A stretch of 49,549 nucleotides of DNA, from IMG/VR virus record IMGVR_UViG_3300047509_000025, positions 1 through 49,549 of that record; one strand, given 5' to 3'. Origin of the DNA: a virus (lineage: Duplodnaviria; Caudoviricetes). The notes under the pieces were generated by a model that had not been told where the DNA came from, ran no database searches, and worked only from the letters and a program-made list of their open reading frames with translations. The position numbers were made by a program, and so were the translations under genes. Shown here piece by piece: positions 18,330 through 27,800 of the stretch (within the stretch, counting starts at the first letter, position 1; the number at the start of each line of letters is the position of its first letter).

Positions 18330-19543
18330 TGTGCTGTGACGCACCAGACGCACCGGCACCGGACCCGGCAATCGGGCAGGCCGCGATGCTGCAGGGCCAG
18401 CTTGGCAAGGACTGGCTCGACTTTTCCAAGCAGCAGTTCGCCACCGGCCAGGACCGCCAGGTCGCCGAGGACGCGCTGGTCAAGAAGGTCATCGACAGCC
18501 AGATGGCGTCGCAGGACAAGGCGAACCTGTGGGCCGACCAGGATCGCGCCACCCAGGAGCAGTACCGCACCAAGTACGATGCCTGGGCCGACGAGGACCG
18601 CGCGGCCGGCAAGGCTGCCCAGGCCGACTACGCCGGCTACGCCAAGGATGCGCTGGCGACCGGCGACAAGTATTCAGCGCAGCTCGATGGCATCGCCGGC
18701 AGCTTCGGCAAGGGCGCCGACGAGCAGAATGCGTTCGCCGCGGCGCAGCGCGACCGCTACACGAGCACGTTCCAGCCGATCGAGGACAAGCTGGCCAGCG
18801 ACGCCATGGGCTGGGACAGCGCCGAGCGCCAGGGCAGCGAGGCGGCCAAGGCCAAGGCCAGCGTGCTCAGCGAAGCGGCGCTGGCCGACCAGGCATCGCA
18901 GCGCCAGATGGCCAGCATGGGCGTCAACCCGAACAGCGGGCGCTTCAGTGGCGGTGCCCGCGCCAGCAGCCTGAATACGGCGCTGGCATCGGCTGGCGCG
19001 CAGAACATCGCGCGCGACAACGTCCAGCAGCAGGGCATCTCGCTGCGCGGCCAGGCGGTCGGCGTCGGCCAGAACGTGGTCGGCAACGCCAATACGGCGA
19101 CCAGCCTGGGCATTCAGCAGAAAGGCATGCAGCAGGGCGCCACCCAGGCGGCCTACGGCACCAAGGCAGCGGGCCAGTCGCAGGCGATGCAGGCGACGAC
19201 CGGCGGACTGGCGGCAGCGGGCGTCGGCAACACCGCAGCGCAGCTCGGCCTGGGCCAGCAGGGCGCCGGCTACACCGGGCTGGGCGTGGGCGTGAACGCG
19301 GGCAGCGCGGCGGTCGGCTCGAACGGCGCGGCCAATTCGAACTTCTACGCCAACAACGGCGTCATGAGCCAGGGATTCAGCGGCGGCATGCAGGGCGCCG
19401 CCGGCCAGGCCGGGTCGCTCAACACGCAGTACGCCAACCAGTTGAACGGCTGGGGCATGCAGCAGCAGGCCAACGCGTCCAGTTCGGCCGGCTTCGGGGC
19501 GATGCTCGGCCAAATTGCCGGCGCCGGCATCACGGTATTTTAA
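18329..19543 (+). CDS. Ejection (internal virion / DNA transfer) protein
   Basis: MCCDAPDAPAPDP start, Gln/Ala/Gly-rich, SMGVNPNSGRF motif, hydrophobic Gly-rich C-terminus. Confidence 0.7.
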   Translation: MCCDAPDAPAPDPAIGQAAMLQGQLGKDWLDFSKQQFATGQDRQVAEDALVKKVIDSQMASQDKANLWADQDRATQEQYRTKYDAWADEDRAAGKAAQADYAGYAKDALATGDKYSAQLDGIAGSFGKGADEQNAFAAAQRDRYTSTFQPIEDKLASDAMGWDSAERQGSEAAKAKASVLSEAALADQASQRQMASMGVNPNSGRFSGGARASSLNTALASAGAQNIARDNVQQQGISLRGQAVGVGQNVVGNANTATSLGIQQKGMQQGATQAAYGTKAAGQSQAMQATTGGLAAAGVGNTAAQLGLGQQGAGYTGLGVGVNAGSAAVGSNGAANSNFYANNGVMSQGFSGGMQGAAGQAGSLNTQYANQLNGWGMQQQANASSSAGFGAMLGQIAGAGITVF

Positions 19544-19552
19544 GAGGAAGCC

Positions 19553-20290
19553 ATGCAATCGACCATCGAAGCGACCATCGATCGCCACGCGCGCATCGCC
19601 CTGCAGGTGTCGGGCGGGCGCGACTCGCTGGCCTGCCTGTACCTGCTGCGCCCGTTCTGGAACCGGCTTACCGTCTACTGGTGCAATACCGGCGACGCCT
19701 ACCCCGAGACGGTCGAGATCATGCAGCATGTGGCAGCGCTGGTGCCGCACTTCGTCGAGATCGACGGGCGCCAGCCTGACGTCGTCGCGGGGTTCGGCCT
19801 GCCGTCGGACATCGTGCCGGCCAGCCACACGCCGATCGGCATCATGGGCGGCGACAGTTTCGGGCCACTGATCCAGGACCGCTATTCGTGCTGCTCGCGC
19901 GTGTTCATGCTGCCGCTGCACGAGCGCATGGTGGCCGACGGCATCACGCTGGTGATCCGCGGCCAGAAGGATGCCGACAAGCTCAAGTCGCCGATCCGGT
20001 CGGGCGCCGTCGATCTCGGCATCGAATACCTGTTCCCGATCGAGGACTGGTCGACCAGCCAGGTGATGGACTACCTGGTGGCGGAAGGCGCGCCGGTCCC
20101 GCGCTTTTACGACATGCTCGACGGCACGCCCGACTGCATGACCTGCTCGGCCTATTGGGAGCACGGCGCGGCCAAGTACCTGAAACGCTACCACCCGGTC
20201 CAGTTCGTCGAAGTGCAGCGCCGGCTCGATGTCATCAACGAGGCGGTCGGCAAGTCGATCGCCCATTTCAACAAAGAGGTGAGCGCATGA
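19553..20290 (+). CDS. PAPS/APS reductase-family protein
   Basis: PP-loop SGGRDS, NTG.AYPET, CC, RGQK, FPIEDWS, CxxC (CMTC). Confidence 0.85.
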   Translation: MQSTIEATIDRHARIALQVSGGRDSLACLYLLRPFWNRLTVYWCNTGDAYPETVEIMQHVAALVPHFVEIDGRQPDVVAGFGLPSDIVPASHTPIGIMGGDSFGPLIQDRYSCCSRVFMLPLHERMVADGITLVIRGQKDADKLKSPIRSGAVDLGIEYLFPIEDWSTSQVMDYLVAEGAPVPRFYDMLDGTPDCMTCSAYWEHGAAKYLKRYHPVQFVEVQRRLDVINEAVGKSIAHFNKEVSA

Positions 20291-21765
20291 ATTGGGGCGG
20301 CTTCGCGGGCGGGTTCTCGCATGGGTTCAACAGCGGCGTTTCGATGGGCAAGACCGTCAGCGAGGCGATCAAGCAGAAAAAGCTCGACGACGTGCGGGCC
20401 CAGGGCATCGCCGAGGCCACCGCCGCGCGCGACCAGGCCGCTGCTGCCAGCGTGACCGAGAACGGGATCGCCACCCCGGCGACCGCGGCGACGCCGCCGA
20501 CCGACATCAACAGCACGCCGGCCCCGGCGCCGGCCGCCGCCACGCCACCGCCGGTCGACAGCACGCTGGCAGGCGACCCGATGACCGCCGACCAGCCGCA
20601 GCCGGCAGCGCCAGCGCCCGCCGCACCACAAGCAGCGTCGGCACCAGCAGAACCGCCAGCAGCGGCCACCACCGCCTCGCCGGCCGCCGCCGGCATGCCG
20701 ATGGCGAAGAAACCATTCTCGGTCGGCGACAAGGGCTTCGACACGCGCGAGGAAGCGCTGGCGCACGCGCAGAAGAACGCGCCGCCGCTGATGGACTACA
20801 TGACCAAGACCATGGTGCCGAAGATGCAGGAGGCGCTGGTCGCGCAGGGCGACATCGAGAAGGCCGAGGCCTGGGGCAAGTGGGCCAAGGACAAGGACAA
20901 CGAGCGCCACATGGCGACCTGGGCCAAGGCGAAGACCGCGTTCGACAACGGCGACATCGAGGGCTCGGTCAAGCACCTGAACGCGCTGCACAAGGATTAC
21001 GACGACGGCCTGACCGTCGTCAGCCAGGAAGCGGTCAAGGACAAGGCCGGCACGCTGACCGGCTACAACATGAAGATCAAGAGCGATGCCACGGGCGAGA
21101 CGCGGGTGCAGTTCGTCGACCCGCAGACGCTGGTCAACATGGGCCTGCAGACCCTGTCTCCGATCGAGATGTTCAACAAGAGCTACGCGACCCAGACCGC
21201 CGCATCGGCGCTGGCCGCCAAGGCGCGGATCGACGCCCAGAACGACGAGCGCACCGCCAAGCGCCAGGAAGCAGCCGACGTGCGCAAGGACGCGCGCCAG
21301 GAGCAGATCGACATCCGGCGCGAGGGACGCGAAGGCCGGATCGCCGACCGCCAACACGGCTACAAGCTGGAGGAACTGACCACGGCCGAGCAGTTGAAGG
21401 AAGCCGGTGTCACGTCCGGCGAGAAGGCGAAGCTGCAGGCCAAGATCGACCTGGCGCGCCAGAACGGCGCCACGCCGGAAGACATCAAGACCATGATCCC
21501 GCACCTGATCGGGGCCGGCGAGTACAAGAAGACCACCGACCCGACCGAGCGGCGCGCCCTGGTGGCCGCCGACCTGGTCAAGAACGACCCGAGTTTCGCG
21601 CGCGCCGACGCCACCGCGCAGAACAAGAAGGTCGACCAGATGATGTCGGTCATCTACGGCGCGCCGGCCGCGAAGGCAGCGCCAGCGAGCCCGGCGGCAG
21701 CGGCGCCAGGCAAGGGCAAGGGCACGCCGTACCTGAAACCGGATGGGACCGTGATTTATCGGTAG
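20287..21765 (+). CDS. Ejection / internal virion protein (492 aa)
   Basis: GAGG RBS, ATG 20287; MNWGGFAGGFSHGF start, Pro/Ala linker, helical body. Confidence 0.7.
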   Translation: MNWGGFAGGFSHGFNSGVSMGKTVSEAIKQKKLDDVRAQGIAEATAARDQAAAASVTENGIATPATAATPPTDINSTPAPAPAAATPPPVDSTLAGDPMTADQPQPAAPAPAAPQAASAPAEPPAAATTASPAAAGMPMAKKPFSVGDKGFDTREEALAHAQKNAPPLMDYMTKTMVPKMQEALVAQGDIEKAEAWGKWAKDKDNERHMATWAKAKTAFDNGDIEGSVKHLNALHKDYDDGLTVVSQEAVKDKAGTLTGYNMKIKSDATGETRVQFVDPQTLVNMGLQTLSPIEMFNKSYATQTAASALAAKARIDAQNDERTAKRQEAADVRKDARQEQIDIRREGREGRIADRQHGYKLEELTTAEQLKEAGVTSGEKAKLQAKIDLARQNGATPEDIKTMIPHLIGAGEYKKTTDPTERRALVAADLVKNDPSFARADATAQNKKVDQMMSVIYGAPAAKAAPASPAAAAPGKGKGTPYLKPDGTVIYR

Positions 21766-21799
21766 CCGGGTGCGCCGGCTTTCACTGGCGCATCTTTAC

Positions 21800-21837
21800 T
21801 GGTTCTGAAATCGCACCGATGGGGTAAAATCGCTCCA
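21800..21837 (+). promoter_or_regulatory. Operator pair and putative promoter upstream of the giant gene
   Basis: TGGTTCTGAAATCGCACCG (21800-21818) and ATGGGGTAAAATCGCTCCA (21819-21837) containing TAAAAT. Confidence 0.55.
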
Positions 21838-21860
21838 TCCGACACCGACCGAGGCGCGCT

Positions 21861-24800
21861 GTGACCAATCCCAATTCCTTCCTGCAATCGCCATTCGATG
21901 CAATCGCCAAGCAGGATGAGGATGACGGCACGCTGCCAGGCCAGCAGGCGGTCAAGGCCGCGCCCAAGCTGGACATGCCCAAGGCGGCGCCGGCAGCCGA
22001 TGCACCCGACCAGCCCGAGCCGGCGGCCACCCGGCGCGCCGCCAAGACCACCAGCTACCTGCCACCCGACGACCTGGTGCCGCTGTTCGAGTCCGCCGCG
22101 CAGAAGTACGACGTGCCGGCCAACGTCATCATGGCGCTGGCGCACCAGGAGTCGCGCTACAACAGCAAGGCCATCGGCGAGGAAACCCAGTGGGGCCGCG
22201 CCAAGGGCATGCTGCAGTACCTGGACGACACCGCCAAGGGCCTGGGCATCAACCAGTTCGACGCCGCCCAGTCGATCGATGGCGCAGCCAAGCAGATCCG
22301 CCAGCGGCTCGACCAGGGTGCTTCCATGATCGATGCGGTCAAGGAGCACTTCGCCGGCCCTGACCGCAAGAAGTGGGGCGCCAAGACCGAGGCCTACGGG
22401 CGCGAGGTCATGGAAAAGGTCGGCAAGATCGGCGACCTGATGATGGGCAGCGCGCATGCTGGCGAGCAATCTGCCGCTGCCGCCACCGACATCCCGAAAG
22501 ACTGGGTCAAGCTGACGCCCGAGCAGGCCGCCGAGTACGAGGCCAAGTCCGCCAGCAGCACGGTGCCGAATCCACTCGCGCCGGATGCGAAGCCCGAGAC
22601 CAGCTTCCTCGACGAATACGTACTGAACCCGCTCAAGCGCGGTGCCCAGAGCATGAAGCAGGGCTTCCAGGCCAGCGGCGCCATGTACGACGCGCGCCAG
22701 CTCGCCGCAATCGGCAAGATCGACAAGGGCGAGAAGGTACCCGACCAGGACGACGCGCTGGGCTACCAGTACATGAACCCGGCCCAGCGCGCCGAGATCA
22801 AGAAGACCATGGGTGAGGCGTTCACGGTCGCGGTGAAGGACACCACCGAGACCGGCAAGAAGATCGCCGCCATCCCGCAGGACCCGATTGTCGCCGCGGC
22901 ATCGAACGCCAAAAGCTTCGATGAGTGGTGGAAATACTTCAAGCAGGCGCCGATCAAGTTCATCGCCCAGACCAGCATGGAAAGCCTGCCGAACATGGTG
23001 CCGGGCCTGGTGCTGGGAGCTGGCACGGGTCTCGCCGCGCAGGCCACCATGAAGGCCGGCGGCGTGGTCGCTGGCGCGGCCGGCATGGGCGCCGGATCGT
23101 ATGCGGTCGATTACCCGTCGTCGGTGATGTCTGCATTGCAGGACATGGGCATCGACACCAACAACCCGGATGCGCTGGCGAAAGCGTTCTCCGATCCGAA
23201 AGTGATGAAGGACGTGCAGCAGAAGGCGCACGCGCACGCTTCCGTGGTCGGCGCGCTCGACGCGGTATCGGGCGGCCGGGCCGGCGCCACCATCGTCGGC
23301 GGCAAGACCATCGCCAAGCAGGCGGCGAACCTGGGCGCCAAGACCGTCGAGCAGGGCGTGCTCGGTGCTGCCGGCGAAGCGGGCGGCCAGGTAGCGCAGG
23401 GCAAGAAGGAGCTCGAATGGGGCGCCATCATGGGCGAGTTCGCAGGCGAGATGGCCGGCGCTCCGGTCGAGATCGCGGGCGCCGCGAAACTGAAGGCACA
23501 GGAGGCGCTGGCCGCGCGCGGTGCTGATCCGGCCGCTGCACCGGCAGCCGAACCTGCTGCAACCGCCGCCCCGGCACCGATGGCCGCGCCGTCCGCGCCA
23601 GCGTCCACCCCGTCGCAGGAGGCCGGCCCGCTGTCGCGCTCGGCCGAGAACGCTGCCGAACAGCACGCCGGCCAGCCGCAGCGTGTTGTTGTCGAGACGC
23701 CACAAGGCGCTGGCGCCGGCACGCTGTCCGGCTACCAGGAGGATGCCGACGGCAATTTCGTGGCCCAGATCCAAGGCGATGACGGCCAGGTCCACCAAGT
23801 CACCAGCGCCGACGGCGTCAAGATCACCCCGGAAGCGCCCGCCGACAGCGGTCCGCTGACCGCATCCCTGTCCGCCGCTGCCGACGCGCATGAGGCCAGT
23901 CCGGCGCCGGTGCCCGAGCGCCCCGCTGCGGCGCCGGCAGAGCCCGACTACAGCACCATGCCGATCGAGGAATTGCGCGGGCGCATGAAGTACATCGCCG
24001 AGCAGGCCAAGGCGTCCGGCGGCTGGAACAAGCGCTTCATCGACGAGCGAAAGAAGGTCGAGCGCGAGATCAACGCCAAGACCGCAGGCGCGCAGGCGGA
24101 CTCGAAGCTGGCCGAGGAGCCGCTGTCGGCCGGCCCGTTCGACGACATGAAGGCGGCCAACAAGATGGCGCTGCGCTCGGCTGAAAGCACCGGCCAGCCG
24201 CATGAGGTCGTCGAGGTCAAAGGCAAGTTCAAGGTCCAGCCGATCAAGGAGACGAGCGATGCAGGAGTACCAGTCAATGTGCGTGAGCCTGGCGATGGAC
24301 GAGGAGGAAGCGATCGAGATGCTGCTGTCGCTGGGACTGCTGTCGGAGACGGACCTGTTCCTGCTCGAGACGCTGGGGGACGACCAGGAAATGCCGGAAA
24401 GCCTGCTCGAAAGGCTCAACAGCACGATACAACTGGTGATGCTGGCGCAGGCAAACCCGCCGACGCCAAGCCTGCATTAGCCGAGGCCGCGCAGCCGGAA
24501 TGGGAAAAGAACCCGTACACGCCGTACAAGTTCGCCGACCGCGAGCGCGCCGATGCGTTCATGGTCAAGAAGCAGGTCGACCCGGCCAAGTTCGAAGTGG
24601 TGCAGACCGGCAAGGTGCGCTGGGAGGTTAAACCAAAGGCGGATGGGACGGTCGCCGAGAAGTCGAATCTTGACGCAGCGCGCGAGAAGCACGCCAAGCA
24701 GGATGAGGCGGTGCGCGTGGCGGCCGAGAACATCGCACGGCGCAAGGCTGAGAAAGAAGCGGCGGCAAAGCCGATAGAGCGTCACGATGTCGAGATCATC

Positions 24801-27800
24801 AAAGAAACTGGATCCAGTAGCGCCGACATCAACAAGACCATGGCCGGCTTGCCGCCCGTGGCGGATGGACACGTTCGCCTGTACCGCGCCGAGTCGCCCA
24901 CGACCAAGTTTGACGATGTGTTCAATGCCGACGGGCTAGGCGACTTCAAGACTGATCAACCAGGTGAGCGCTATACTCCGGACCTGAAGTACGCAGACTA
25001 CTATCGCCAGCCCTACGGTAGGGACGCGAAGATCCATTATATCGACGTGCCGCAGGCTGTGGCCGACAAAGTCAAACTGAACGATGCGGAATACGTCGTC
25101 GACACTAAGATCGTTCCCGCCGCCAAAAAAGTGCCAGATGTGGCACCTGTCGAGGCTGCCGTCGACACCCAGGTCAAGCCGAAGAAGAAAGCCCCGGCCC
25201 GTGGCAAGGCCGCCGACGCCGCGCGCACGCAGGCGCTGGCCGACCACTTCACGCCGGGCAACGTGGTCAAGGGCTATGGTGGCCACGACCGCGTGCTGGC
25301 CTACACGCCACCTGACGGCGACGGCAACTTCAGCGTCAAGGTCCAGCATGTCGTCCGCAAGGGCGATGCGTGGGTCGTCGCACTAGGCACCGACGGGCGC
25401 GAGCGCACCCATTCGACCATGCCGAACGAGCGCGAACTGAAGGCTGGCCCGGTCGAGAGCGCACCAAAGGCCACCGGCAACCCGATGATCGACAACCCGG
25501 CAAGCTGGGTCATCCGCGAAAAGAAGACCGGCAAAGTCGTCATGGAGACGTTCGACCGCAAGAAGGTCGATGCCTTGAACACGAAAAAGTACGAGGCCGT
25601 GTCGATCGCCGAGCACTTGGGAAGCCTCAATCAGAAACCCGCAGCCGAGCAGGATAACACGCCAGTACCAGAGGCGACCGTCAAGTATTCTGTGGCAGGC
25701 GATGATCAGCAGCCGGACGTGAAGCAGTTCCGCGAGGCGATGGTTGAAAAGTACCCCGGCATTCGGCTCGAGCTGTTCGACCGCGGCAATGGCGACCTGA
25801 ACCTGTCCTTGGTCATAGTGCCAAAGGACGAGCGCAGTACTGGCACTGGCACAGCGTTGATGAACGACCTGACTGCCTACGCCGATGCGACCGGCAAGCG
25901 GATCGTCTTGACCCCATCGGGTGACTTCGGCGGCAATAAGGCCCGCCTGCGCAAATTCTACAAGCGGTTCGGCTTTGTCGAGAATAAAGGCCGGGCGAAA
26001 GACTTTTCGATTATGGACGCGATGTACCGCGATCCAGAGGGCGGCAAGCCGGTGCTGTATTCGGTTTCCGACGACAGCGCCGCCACCGCGATCGCCGACC
26101 TGATGGCCGCAAAGGAGGGCGAAGCAGTCATCAACCGGCCCGACGTCGGCGACATCACGGTGGCCTATGGCGATGCGAAAGCCGGGCTGGCCCACATCGC
26201 GCGCCGCCGTGGCGCCGGCTTCATGGCCCGCTTGCCAGCGCTGCTGCGCGACGGCAGCGTCTACGAAAAGCCGGGCCAGACCGGGCGCATCTTCATCGGC
26301 ACCGACAAGGACGAAGCCGTGATCCGGCTGGACCGCGACGGCGAGACCAAGAACTGGCTGCTGTCGGCCTACGAGAAGTACCCCGACCTGGCCCCGGCCA
26401 GCGCCAAGCAGTCCAGCGTCGGCCAGCAGCAGGCCGCCGACTTCAAGGTCATGAGCCCGGACGAAGTGAAGGCGGCGATCACCACCGGCACCATCGGCCC
26501 GGTGATTGCGCGCCTGATCGAGCACGGCGCCATCGTGATCCACAAGTCGGTCAAGACGCTGCCGAAGGAGGCCGGCAAGGTCGCCAAGGGCGTGCAGGCG
26601 GTCACCATGCCGGACGGCACGATCCACTTCGTGGCCGGTTCGCTGACCAACAAGAACGCGCGCGCGGTGCTGCTGCACGAAGCGTTCCACAAGGGCGCCG
26701 AGAGCCTGATCGGCTCGAAGGAGTGGGCCAACCTGATGGGCCGCGCCGGCTCGCTGTACCGCCAGTCCGAGCAGTCCTCCGGCCGTGCGCGCGAGTTCTT
26801 CGACCGGGCCAGGGCGCGCGTGGCCAGCGCCAAGGCCAAGGGCGCCGTCACAACCAGGATGGAAGTGGAGGAGTTCGCCGCCTACGCGATCGAGGAATAC
26901 GAAACGGCCCGCGACGGCATGCCGGCAGCCGTGCGCAAGTGGGTCGACGACCTGATCGGGCTGGTCAAGGCGTGGATGGTCAAGCGCTACGGCAAGCAGG
27001 TCGGACAGGTCACGCCAGCGCAGTTGTCGGCGTTCGCCAAGCTGGCGATCATGGACGTGGCCGCCGGCAAGCGCGGGGAGATGTTCGGGCCGATCGGGGA
27101 ACTGTTCAGCATGGCCGGCAGCATTACCGACACGCCAGCCTTCCAGCGCTGGTTCGGCATGAGCAAGGTGGTCGATGATAATGGTGCGCCGCTGGTGGTC
27201 TACCACGGCACCGATGCCGATATTACAGAATTCCGCACCAAGGACAACGATGGTCAAGGCAAGGAATTCCCGCTGGATGGCGCTTTCTTCGCTGAGCACC
27301 CTGATGCTGCCAACGAGTTCGGTAGTCACAAGAAGGGCACCAACGTCATCCATGCCTACCTGTCGCTGCGCAACCCGCTGGAGCGCGAGATGCGCGATGA
27401 CGGAGAGGGAATTGATGCTGACTGGCGCAACCCTATGGCAGAGCAGGATGTCATCACGGAGGCGCGCACCGCCGGGAATGATGGCGTTATCTTTCGCAGC
27501 AGCTTGACCGGCGAACGGTATTTCGTGGTGTTCGCGCCCGAGCAGATCAAGAGCGCCACCGGCAACGCCGGCACGTTCTCGCCTGACAATCCTGACATTC
27601 GCTATTCGGTCGTCGCCGATGTCGATGCGCCGGCCAATGAAGATGCCACTGCCGAACAGCAAGGATTGACTCCGCCAGAGCAGGGCCTGCTGCGCCGCGT
27701 GCAGGCGGCCATCCAGGACAACATGAACCGGGTCAAGCAGGTGCAGGAGCGCATCCTGGAAGCCACCGGCCGCGCCACGCTGGGCAAGTCCGACTACTAC

